Assembly: GCF_000143415.4 (NCBI RefSeq)
Contig: NW_003314265.1
Span: forward strand, 135,199 to 199,198
Source: Selaginella moellendorffii
Lineage: Eukaryota; Plantae; Lycopodiophyta
Length of the DNA stretch: 64,000 bases
Direction: 5' to 3'
Every line of letters starts with the position of its first letter. Positions within the stretch are counted from its first letter, which is position 1. Shown here piece by piece: positions 37,705-50,879 of this stretch. Both the position numbers and the translations under genes were made by a program. Below the pieces are notes generated by a model. It did no database searches. It was not told the DNA's origin and was given only the letters and a program-made list of their open reading frames with translations.

Positions 37705-38760
37705 GCTCCCCCCCCCCCCCTGCCCCCACCTCTCCTACATAATTACCCCCTTGCTATGCCCACTATTCATTCCTTTTGTTCATACTTAGTGCTGTGCCTT
37801 AAATGTTTAATCACTATAGTTTTATAATTAAGATGAACAGCTATAATCTATGTTTAGCTTAGGTTTTCTCTCATTGTGTTTTATGTTTTTGTTCCTTTCT
37901 ATATTTTCTTTCTTATTTTATTCACTCTCTTAAGTATTCTAACTAGATTGAAATATGTAGATCATGCTTAAAATAATATTTTTTCTTTTTCTAGTCTTAT
38001 TTGAAAAACTAATAATAATACATTTTGTATTATAATTGATTTTCTTTTAGAAGAGAGAGAATATAAAAGATGTTATTGACAAATGAGATATCAACTTGAT
38101 AATTGAAGTTGTAAAGAAGGCTTCAAGTGGAATTGTAAAAATTATAATACCCCAAGATCTCTTAGTTTGCACATAGTAATTTCACATTTACTCAAATGAT
38201 TAAAGTGATGTATTGTTAATGCATTAAAATGCCACAAAATCAAACTCATATTAAGTATAATATTAAAAATGAGCACATAATAATGAATTTGAATAATTTT
38301 TGTTATGATATTTGTATTATCATATTACAATGAGATAGTCAAAAGATTGTCAGTCCAGGAAGAATTGTGGAAATTGATGAAAGAAAGTTTAGTAAGTGGT
38401 AATATAATCATGGTAGAAGAGTAAAACGTCAATGGGTAAATTGAATGTGATTCACATTAAATGTTTATTACAAACTTAACTAATATATATAAGTAAGTTC
38501 TATTTCTATTATTTTCATTATTAACTAATAATTTAATATTGTTATTTTATGAACAATTATATATAGTGATTGTTGGGCTGGTTACGATTCAGAGTGTTTG
38601 AATTAGTTGAACTTCACTCATTATATAGTTAATCACTCCCAAATTTTATTGATTAAATTACTAGAGTTCATATAAATCATATTGAATTGACACGAAATGC
38701 AATGAAAATATATTATGGTATAATAAAAGGATTATACAGTTCTTATTCTTTGGTAAAAAA
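37705..38760 (+). mobile_element. Fossil Merlin/IS1595(ISXO2)-like DDE transposase
   Basis: NNFCYDIC...KIVSPGRIVEIDERKFSKW*YNHGRRVKRQWV (38292-38438) and TIIYSDCWAGY...HYIVNHS/NFID*ITRVHINHIE (38553-38686) match the Merlin motifs VEIDES..KRKYNRGR, I.SD.W..Y and VNHS..FVDP.TG.H.N.IE. Many stops. Confidence 0.8.
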
Positions 38761-39072
38761 AATAAATATTGAAAGGAAGAAACTACAATATTCTAAGCTA
38801 TATAATCAGAATAATGTTGTCATAGTAAAATAAAAATTCTATGGGAATCCAAATAAGCAAAAAGGGCCTGCATTCTACCTGGTTCAAAAAAACCTTGACA
38901 TCAGCAAACAAAGGATCTGCCCTTGCCCGAACCTCCTGCTGTGTTTCTAGGAAATCCAGCTCTATAGATTGCGCATGGGAACTCGGCTATGGACAGTGCA
39001 CTGATGCAGCAAGCCGGGATGAGGAGACATTTCGCAAAGATAGATTTTAGGGTAGACTCACTGTTTAGTACA

Positions 39073-40010
39073 AGGTGGAAGAAGCGTGGAGCTTTCCACG
39101 CATCAAAGGAGGAGTTTTCTACGAGTGCAAGGTTGGTGCTCGTCTGTCTTCCTCGGTGGTGTGCCTGGAGCCGCAAGCCCACTGCTTGCAAGCATTTCAA
39201 GGGTGCTTGAAAATGGAAGTAATCACTCTTCCATTGTTCCAGCGACTGTACACGTTTGGTGGCCACAAGTCTATGGATCTTACCAACGTCTTCTCGGTGG
39301 ATCCAGAGGCTTTTCTGCCTGCGTCGGCTGTGCAAGACCTCGGTGCTCCCGTGTTTGCCGATGGAGGAAGCTTGATTGGTGTTACAAACACGATCTATCT
39401 CATTCTAAGAAACCGTAAGTGAAAGCTTACTTCCAGATTGATCCCAACGAGGATGTGCTGCTTGTGCTTCTTTTGTCGGCAACCATAAGCATGTCCGTGT
39501 CCGATATGCTCGGTAAAACCATTCCTTCGTGGATGACGACGAGTAAACGAGTGATAGTCTCAGAAGAAGAACAAGATCATTGGGAAGCTTGGTAGAGGAG
39601 ACACGGACAGGAAGCGCAAGCTGGAATCTTTTCAAGGGCGGCATCTGGAATGCCAAAAGACTGCAGACTTGGACAAGGAGTTTGAGCACGCAAGACTTTA
39701 TCGCAATGCCTCGGAAGATCCTCTTCTATTTTTGTGTTATTGGATTACTACATTCACTTGCAGGGGCAAAAGCTGCCATCCATCTGAACCGGGTTGTGCA
39801 GTTTGCTCCAGTGACGTGGAAGACACTGATTGATGAATGGAAGGAAGCTCATCCAGTTGAAAGTAAGTAGAAAGTTTACATCTGGAAATCTAACATCTAT
39901 ATCTCTTTTCTAGGCTTTGAGAAGGATCTCCCTCAAGAGTTTCCAAGCAGGAGATCCAAGACCGGATCAGCTCCTAGAAGATCAGCTCCTAGAGCTGTAC
40001 TTGTCTAGAG
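39073..40010 (+). pseudogene. 5'-truncated pseudo-protease copy B, with a ~190-bp foreign insert at 39394-39579
   Basis: Near-identical to ~25705-26500 on both sides of the insert; lacks the N-terminus and the first splice donor. Confidence 0.88.
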
Positions 40011-40079
40011 AAACAATGCTTGTCTACTCTGATGCTCCAAAAACTAAGGCCTTTGTTTTCTTTTACTTAGTCACAGGTC

Positions 40080-42423
40080 CTATGAATCTGGCTTGTCCAT
40101 GCATCGCAGCCTGCACCCCCTATTTTCCAGTTGCTCCACCACCCCCGCAGCCAAGGACTGCTTGACATAGGAAAGAAGCTTCACCTTCTTGAGGCTTCCA
40201 CAGTTGAGCAGCGCGTTTCCAAAGCATTCCATGGAGACGTTCTTGAGGTGGACGAGCTTCATGTTTTGCATGCAGCCGAGCTTGGCGAGCGCCATCATCC
40301 CGTTGTTCGTGAGCGGGCAGTAGGACACATTGATCTGGAAGAACGAAACAAAGCTGAGAACTCGAAGAACTAAAGAGATCAACCTGTCGCAGGTCCGGAC
40401 ACAAGTGTTCTAGCGCAAGAAGTCCGGGATCGCCTATTCTCGTGCAGCGTTTGATGTCTAGCTCTACGAGCCGCTTGCATCCCGCCGCGACTTGCGTGAG
40501 GCCGTCGGAAGTGACGAGTGTGCATCCTCGAATCTCTAGCTGGCTGAGCTTGCTGAGGCGAGCTATGGCTGTCATGGACGCGTCCGAGATTCGAGAGCAG
40601 TAGGACAAGTTCAGTACTCTCAGATCCTGGCAGCCGTTGACGACCGAGATCACTCCGGCATCTCCGACAGATCGACACCTGCGCGAGATCAAATTAATCT
40701 CTTTACAAGTAAAAACTTAAGAGAGAGAACCTGTAGAGATCAAGCTCCATAAGCTTGTGACAACCAGCTCCAACGAAGAAAATCCCATAGTCGGAGATGT
40801 TACAAAATGCCAGCTTCAAGACCCTGAGAAGGACACAATTTCCAATCGGCTCAAGCCCTGGAAAAAAGAAGATAAAAAGAAACCACGCGAGTTAAAAACA
40901 AGGAAGAACCACCGGTATGAGAAAACTCACCAGCACCTGTAAGATTGCAATCTGTGACATCGAGTTCCTCGAGAAGATGGCAGCTCTCGAAAACCATAGG
41001 AAGGCTGTTGTCGGTGACCATGAGGGACGACTCCAGCTTGAGGCTCTTGATGGAGGTGCTGCTCCTGGCGATAGACAGGAGCGAGATTTCAGTGACGTCG
41101 AAGCAGCAAGTAAGGTCGAGCTTCTTCAGGAATTTACATGACGTGATAAGTCGATCGATGCGCTTGTCCGTCACCCCTCGGCTTTTGCACAGGCTGAGCT
41201 CCTTGAGTTCTTGGCATCCCGCCGCGACGCGATCGAGCGAGTCGTGCGTAAATTCGCAGCCATCCAGCCGCAGCGTTTGTATGCCGTTCGGTTTCTCAAA
41301 GTCGAGGAAAGCGTCTTCAGTTACCTGGAACGAAGGTAAGAGTTTTGTCTCGCATTTATCTCAGAAAGAATCGGGAAAGAAGAGCAAGAACCTGAGAGCA
41401 ATGGCAGAGATGTAAGGTGAGCAACGTTGGCAATGCTGCAATCCCAACAGAGCTCACGTTTTGACAACGAGACACGTCCAAATCCTTCACACACCGAAAT
41501 GAAATCACCAAAGAGGAATATTGTGCTATAGTCTTACCACAAGAGACTTGCAGTTCTCCTGCAGATACGAAAGAGCTCTATCTCCAACATTGTTGCAGCC
41601 CATGAGATTTAGAGTTCTCAGTGCCTTGAGCTCCGAAACATACTTAACACCTTCGTCCGTTACCTGCAAAAGCAGAGACACTTAGCTAGCACCCTGAAGA
41701 AATGATAGCTTTACAGTACAAAAGCTACTCGAAAGAAAATAAAAAAAGAACGAACAAAAAAAGACATGCCACTACCTCAGTGAAGGAAAGATCAAGGATC
41801 ATTAGCTCCTCGCTGCGAGCAGCGACGAGCTTAATGCCAGCATCAGTGATCGCCACACAGCCTTTGAGGACGAGAGTTTTCAGCCTGTGACATCCTGCTG
41901 CTAAGCTCTCCAATCCCATGTCTGTGACTCTAATGCAGCCAGTGAGCTTAAGCTTTTCTATCCGGTTGAGCCGAGCTAAGCCGAGAAGTCCATCGTCTTC
42001 CACATAAGAACAATAGCTAAGATCCATCTCTACGAGCGAGAGGCAGTGTTGAGATAAGTAGCGCAGGCCAGTGCTCGTGAACCCACAGATCCTGTTAAGA
42101 TAGATGGCTGCCAGCCGCTTCCCAGCTTTATCCGCGACATGGATGAGATTCTCATCCGTGACACCGGCGCAGCACGTCAAGTCGAGCTCCTCCAAGCGCT
42201 CGTATCGATCGAGAGCTTGGGGGAGGAGCTCGGCCCGGAGAAGCTGGAGCCGCCTGCGCACACTACACTCCAATTTGTAGAAAGTTCTACAGACCATCCG
42301 CCAGCTCCTCCGGTCGAAACTGTCGGAGATCTTTCCCAGGACCTCGAGCAGAATGTGCTCGTCGACGAAATCGAGCAGGCAAGCGCTGGGTCTCCGCGAT
42401 CCTGACGAGCTGCTGCAAGCCAT
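40080..42423 (-). CDS. F-box/LRR-repeat protein (FBL3-like), multi-exon
   Basis: F-box-like DEHILLEVLGKISDSFDRRSWRMVCRTF followed by many cysteine-containing LRRs (L.L..C..VTD.GL). Confidence 0.93.
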
Positions 42424-43183
42424 TACCCACTTTCCTCTTTTTTCTTTGCTCGTCAAGACTCTACGAGATAAAGCGAAAAAGGAGAAACGAGAGCGAGCGA
42501 GATGTGAGAGCCATCATGCCTCAGAAGCGATGGAAACTCCAAGGACTCGGAAAAGAGGGATCGGGTACTGGAAGAGTTAAAGAGCCAAGGTAAAATCATC
42601 ACCATCATCCAGAGGGGAGAACGAAAAGATAAAGCCTCTCTCTAATCGTTCGCCCACGCGAATTCAAATGCCTCGGCGGCCAGATGCTACCTAGAGAAGT
42701 ACCTTCCAATCGTACCCACCGGCCCCAGCTCGCGCGCGCTGCGCTCGCCAAGAACCCTAAAAAGCCATCTAGGTGGTGAACACGTGGCGCCAGGACGCGC
42801 TTGATGTGACGTGTACCACATTGACTTGTCCGCGTGGCGTGCGGTTCGGGGTTCGATCCCAGCGGGCCCGGAAAGAGAAAGAGTTTTTGGGGCTCGCGAG
42901 CGTTTTGCCGAGCGTTTTGGAGGGGCGAAATACAGCACTGGGCCGGGCGTTCGCTTCTTAGGTATGTGCCAGTTTTGTTATAGATCTGGGCGATGGTTCC
43001 TCGTGCCAAAAAAACTTCGTCACGGTTCTTCCGCCCAAGAGATCCATCTCATCTCCACGAATTCATGCATTCTTTTCATTCGAGCCTCTCCTTTTCTTTC
43101 TTTCCCTTTTTTTTCGCGGGGCTTAGCGGCCCATCTCCTTTTCTTCCAGGAGGACAAAGGGATCTGCAAGACTGGCTTTTGCG

Positions 43184-45282
43184 ATGGAAATTCACGACGA
43201 GGAGAGAGTGGTGCACTGCTCCTCCATGGATCCAAATGACGTCGACGAGCTCCATCCAAAGGAAGAGAACGACGAGTTCAACGACGAGGAGGTCGCGCAG
43301 TGCGGCAGCAAAGTCGCGCTCTCGGCTCGCAAGCGCGCTCCGTGCACTGCATGGACGGACAAGGAGGCGTTTGCGCTGCTCGACATCTACTACGAGAAGT
43401 GGATCGAGACGAGGAGTGGTGGCTGCACCGGGCTGAGCGATCGCGAGTGGGCCGAGGTTGGCGAGTCGCTCTACCGGCGCTGCGGTGGCACGCTGCGCAC
43501 CGTGCTGCAGCTCAAGAGCAAGATCGACAAGATGAAGCGGAAGTTTAAGAACGAGCAGCTCAAGGCGAGCACCACAGGGATGGGGAATTCTACGTGGGTG
43601 TTCTACGAGAAGATGAGCAGCTTGTTTGGGCTCATGAAGAAGAAGCGAACGACTCCTTTCTTGAAGAGAGCCGCGGATCGAGAGCTGAGCGGAGACGAGC
43701 AGGCCTGCGATGTGGAGGATCTGGAGAGAGTTGGAGGTGGCGTGGTTGCTCTTGGCGATGTTCCTCAGGATGGTGGCTCGGATTCGCTATATAGGCTGCT
43801 CAAACATCATCTTCCACCGGGTGTTTTCAAGGTAAAAAAGAGTTTTGTTCTTCTTTATTGTTTCTCCGTTTTGTCAGATGATAACACTGATCCTAGGAAG
43901 CAAGCAGGATGATCTTGGGATTAAACAATGGGAGTGTCGTAGGAATGCTGCCTTTGCCTCCAGCAGTAATGGCAATGTCTACTGCTGCCGACTTTGACCT
44001 CCAGGTACTTATTTATTTTCTTTTTCAAAGTTTTTCTAGACCAACTTTTATGTGGGTCTTCTTTGAAGGCTTACAGGTTTACTGCTGCCGAGGAAGAGTT
44101 GCGAGCTCCTCGTATTGTTCGTATAGGCGTCATCCAGAACGCCATAGTTCTCCCAACTGATGCTCCTTTTGCGGATCAGAAGCGAGCCATCATGAAGAGA
44201 GTCGGGGATCTGATCGAAGCTGCTGGAACTGCCGGTGTCAACATACTTTGCTTGCAGGTGAAGGGAAGCTTTTTGCATTTTCCATCTCAACACCCATCTT
44301 TCTTCTTTTCTCGATGTAGGAGGCTTGGACGATGCCTTTCGCGTTTTGTACGCGGGAGAAAACATGGTGCGAGTTTGCCGAGAGCGCGGAGGAAGGCACG
44401 TCGACGAAGTTCTTGCAAATGTTCGCTTGCAAGTTTAAGATGGTGATCATCAGCCCCATCCTGGAGCGCGACGAAGTCCACGGTGGAACCTTGTGGAACA
44501 CGGCCGTGGTGATTGGAAACAATGGAAACGTGATTGGAAAGCACAGAAAGGTCAGGCTCTTTCTCTGTTCTCTCTCGTCTCTGAAAATCCTCCTCCATTT
44601 GCTAGAACCATATCCCTCGCGTTGGAGACTTCAACGAGAGCACGTACTACATGGAAGGCAATACGGGCCATCCAGTGTTTGAGACCGCGTATGGAAAGAT
44701 CGCGGTAAACATATGCTACGGGAGGCACCACACTCTCAACTGGCAGGCGTTTGGGATGAACGGAGCGGAGATCGTGTTTAATCCCTCGGCAACAGTGGGT
44801 GACTTGAGCGAGCCAATGTGGCCGATCGAGGTAAGCACGAAAAAACTCTTTTTTCCCTTCATCGCAATCAAAAATCTCTGTTGGATCATCCATCCATTGT
44901 CCAGGCGAGAAACGCTGCAATAGCAAACAGCTACTTCGTGGCCGCGATCAACCGGGTTGGCACCGAGGTTTTCCCGCGAGCTTTCACGTCGGGTGACGGG
45001 AAGCCGGCTCACAAGGGGTTTGGACACTTTTACGGGTCGAGCTATGTGGCGGCCCCGGACTCTTCGTGCACGCCGAGCCTCTCGAGGCTCCAGGACGGGC
45101 TCATGGTCGTGGATGCCGACTTGAATCTGTGCCAGCAAGTCCGAGACAAATGGGGCTTCCGGATGACCGCTCGCTATGATCTGTATGCCAACTTTTTCAA
45201 TGAGTATACAAAGCACGCGTTCAAACCGCAAGTTATCAGCGATCCCCTCCTCCACTCGGGCCTCGAGGCACACAGCCTCTAA
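43184..45282 (+). CDS. PYD3: Chimeric trihelix (Myb/SANT-like) DNA-binding domain fused to beta-ureidopropionase (nitrilase superfamily)
   Basis: Exon 1 (43184-43831) runs without a stop from [17 protein letters not shown]...W.EV...[17 protein letters not shown] into [13 protein letters not shown], the start of PYD3. Later exons carry [32 protein letters not shown] and NICYGRHH (Glu-Lys-Cys triad). Confidence 0.85.
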
Positions 45283-45473
45283 GATCAAATCAAATAAAAC
45301 ATCTTCAAATTATCTAAAAACGTTTCTCAAAGATATCATTTTTAATCCCTTGCAAACAAAACCAATGTAGAAAAGCTATACTTCAAATGATCTAAAGCTT
45401 TTCTCATTTCTAATCCTTCGCAAACAAAACCAACGTAGAAAAGCTGCGTCGCAGGTGTCGCAAAATTTGATTT

Positions 45474-46980
<1,507 letters not shown>

Positions 46981-47301
46981 TTATAAGGAAAAATAAAAAA
47001 TATATAAAGCTTTACTCACTTTTAAATGAATGAGCCGAGCCTTAGCAGTGACCAAATGGCAATTTTTTTCCATTGCACTTCCAAAGAGCCATAAACCTAC
47101 TAATGTAGCTTCCAGGATTTTAGTTCTTACCCAAATAGAACTTACTTTGTCTCTATGCAACCATCTTAAGGACATATATATATAATAAGTATTTAAATTA
47201 TCTAACATTAAGAAGGTCGAAAAATTATAATAATATATTGCATGTTACATGCAATAACACATGATTTGCTGTATAATAGTGTTATTAGGGGGGCTCTTTC
47301 C

Positions 47302-48708
47302 ATGGATTGCGTCTGGGTGACGAAGGATGGAGAAGGCGAGGCGCTGCGCGTTCCTCTCCACGATTCGAAGCATCTGATGGTGGACAGCATTGCGGCACAC
47401 TGGGGACTGGATGCCGCCACACTCCGTATAGGTCAGATCGCTCTCTTCAAGGACGCGAATGGGAATTCAGTGATGACGATGGAGCAAATCGCTCCCGATC
47501 CCAATGGCGATGGAGATGGCCAGTCCCAGCAGAGTCCCTTCGTCATCACGGGTAAGAGGAATCGGCCCTCCGAGGAAGAAGCAGAGGCGGCATTGGCCAA
47601 GACGAAGCTCGGGATTGGAATTGCGAGAGCTCGCGAGCAGCGGAAGAGAGCAGATCACCTCATCGCTCTCTCCAAGCTGTGCCAGAAAGCGCTGTTCAAA
47701 GAGTTTTATGATGGATCAAGGATGTATTCGTACTCGATCAAAGACTTGGTTGGCAACCCGAGTGTCTTGCGAGAGGAAGTGGCCAATTTCGTCGGGACAG
47801 TACACATAACCAGCAAGGCAGAAGCTTCCAGCGTCAAGAATTGCAAGGGAATGGTGACACTTATCAGGCCAGATGGAAGCTGTATCACAGCTCTTCGATG
47901 CATCGACGAGATCCTTTGTGGTGGTCGCAAGGCAGAAGGAAAGGCGATCGTGGTGAGCTTTCCACGCATCAAAGGAGGAGTTTCCTATGAGTGCAAGGTT
48001 GGTACTCGCCTTTCATCCTCGGTCGTGTGCCTGGAGCCGCAAGCCCATTGCTTACAAGCTTTGGAAGGGTGTTTGAACATGGAAGCTGGCAATCTTCCGT
48101 TCGAGCGGCTGTACACGTTCGGCAGTCATGAGCTTATGAATCTTGTCAACGTCTTCTCCATCGATCCAGAAGCTTTTCTACCTGCGTCGGCTGTGCAAGA
48201 CACAGGTGCTCCCGTGTTTGACGATGGTGGGATCTTGGCTGGCGTTGTCACGAATACGTTCCTTGGGAGGCTTGGTAGAGGAGACACAGACAGGAAGCGC
48301 AAGCTGCAATCTTTTCATGGCAGACATCTTCAATGTCAAAAGACTGCAGATCTGGACAAGGTGTTTCACAGAGCAAAACTCCATTCTAATGCCTCGGAAT
48401 GCATGCGTGAAGTCTTCCTATGTAAGATTTTCTCTCCCTTGCGCACTAAACCCTAAACGCACTTGCAGGCAAACAAGCTGCCATCCATCTGAACCGAGTC
48501 GTCCAGTTTGCTCCAGTGACCTGGAAGACACCCATTGATGAATGGAACGAGGCTCATCCCCTCGAAAGTGAGTAAATCTTAAAATGTGACATCTAAACCT
48601 CTTTTTCTTTTTCTTTCAGGTTTTGAGAAAGATCTCCCTCAAGATCCTCCTGCTTCTCAAGAACCTCCGAGGAGGAAGAACAGATCAGCACCAAGAAAAT
48701 TAATATAG
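47302..48708 (+). CDS. Trypsin-like pseudo-protease, copy C (intact paralog of copy A)
   Basis: Same 3-exon structure and open frame as copy A; CITALRCI, SSSVVCLE and QDTGAPVF at the triad positions. Confidence 0.65.
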
Positions 48709-48918
48709 AGCAAGATATTACCTGGATATTCAGGAAATATTCCTTACAGTATTTAGATCTTCTAAAATATTAACGGTTTTAAAAGAGTGAAAGAAAAATG
48801 TGTGGACTATAACCCGTAAATGAAACTGATAGCTACCTTGAAAAATGAGTATAAATAAGATATATCACTATTGGGAATAAAGAAACCAAAGAAAATTAAA
48901 CATTACTCAAAACTCGTG

Positions 48919-49320
48919 GCTTCATGCTCGTAGCCTGGTTCTTCAACAGGTTTTCTGGAAGTCCCCGGTTTCCTACCTCAGCCTCCATATGTTCTCAAAA
49001 CGAGTTCTAGAGCGGTGGTTTCTCGAACAAGTTCCCTGCTCTGCCAGCGATTCCCGGCCGCCTCATCCTGTCCAAGTTCTACCAGGTGGACATGCGGCGC
49101 TCAAAATGGGCCAACATCGCCGTGGTTTCAGCATGATCGTCATCTATAGGCTCTTCGCGCCGGCGAAGATCTGTGGCCGCGAGCCAGGAGACTCACTACC
49201 AGTCGCGCCTCTCTCTGGAGGATCAAGGCCATGGATCTCGTCACGAAGATCTCGGAGATGCGGCGAAAGAGCAGCTCAATTGCTCACAAATCGAGCAGCG
49301 ATGAATTTCTATCCCCGCCA
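48919..49320 (+). pseudogene. 3' fragment of ABCG
   Basis: Colinear with ~21760-22215, with several small deletions; [26 protein letters not shown]. Confidence 0.88.
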
Positions 49321-49384
49321 AGAAGCAGCAACGGTAAGGGCTGCGGGGTATATTCCCTACGCACGTGGAAGGGCCAATGCGGCG

Positions 49385-50650
49385 ATGAGCGCCATGGACA
49401 AGGGCGCTGCGGCGATGAATGTACGAGCAGCCGGATGTCCAGCACGGGCCATCGCTCGTGGAGCAGCTCCAGGTAAGTGTCGACCGATCGATCGGGCGGC
49501 GCTTATTCCAGAAATCTCCCTGTGTGCAGCACTGTGGCCTTTCCGCGGTGGATATCAAGAAGCTTCGAGAGGCAGAGTTTTGTACCGTCGAAGCGGTGGC
49601 CTATTCGCCCAAGAAGGAGCTGCTCAAGATCAAAGGCATAAGCGAGGCTAAGGTCGACAAGATCACTGAAGCGGGTATGTACATTTTGGTTTTGTTTTGT
49701 TTTTTTCTCATTGTTCTATGGAACTTGCGTAGCTACCAAGCTTGTTCCGATGGGATTCACAAGTGCGGCACAAATGCATGAGCAGCGATCCGAGATCATC
49801 CAAATAACATCGGGGTCCAAGAACTCGATAAGATCCTGGAAGGGGGCATTGAGACCGGCTCCATAACTGAGATGTATGGAGAGTTTCGGACTGGAAAGAC
49901 TCAGCTGTATCACACGCTTTGTGTAACATGTCAGGTATGTATCTTCTTCATTTTGACTTCACGGATCACTGAGTTTTGTGTCTATGTAAAAGCTGCCATT
50001 AGATCAAGGAGGCGGTGAAGACAAAGCACTGTACATGATGCCGAAGGAACTTTCAGGCCACAGAGATTGTTGCAAGTCGCCGAGAGGTTGGATCACGCTT
50101 TTCTTTCTTTTTCGTGATCTCGTATGATCGTTTGCTTTGCATTTGCATGGGCTGAAGCAGATGTTTTGGTATTGCCTAGGCGAGAGCATACAACACTGAT
50201 CATCAATCACATGAATCGAGGTAACCATTTTCCTTGATATGTTAAGCACTCCTCGCAGGTTTGTCTTGATGAGAGGCGACTGCTCTGTATCTGGCCGATT
50301 TTTCGACCTCTGCTACGTTCTTAAGAAGCCTACAGAAACTGGCAGACGAGGTAAGCTCTCGATTTCGTTTGCCTTCAAAATCTAGAGTAACATTTCGCTT
50401 TGCAGTTTGGAGTGGTGGTGGTCCTGTCTTGCTGTGGCACAAGTCGACGGGTCTGCCGTTGCAAGTGCAACATAATCGCCCATGCCTCCACAACAAGGTA
50501 CACGGTTGTGTCTCACTTCATTCTAGCTCTATTCTCTACTAGCATTATGCAAGGGACAGCGGATATACAAGATCGTTTGCTCGTCATGCTTAGCACAGCA
50601 AGAAGCTCGTTTCCAGATCGCTGGCGGCATCATTTGATGTCACAGATTAA
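49385..50650 (+). pseudogene. RAD51: RAD51 pseudogene 2
   Basis: Colinear with RAD51, with a frameshift in exon 1 (gtggac to gtac) and many deletions in the 3' exons. Confidence 0.92.
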
Positions 50651-50879
50651 TGCGAGCGAGTTAGCATACTCTTTTTTCTTTTCTCCGTAGTTTTCTTAAG
50701 ATCAAGCACGGTCAGTGCGTCCTGGAGATCGGGTCCTTGCGGAGATAAAAGCAGTTGATTGAGTGGGGTCTCGGACAGAGATCTTTAAAAGTCTAATCCT
50801 CTATCCTTTAATAAAACAAAGTTAAAAGCGCTAGGGTTTTAAGTTGCCGTTCTTTCAAAACTAGGGGCTTTGCTTGTCA

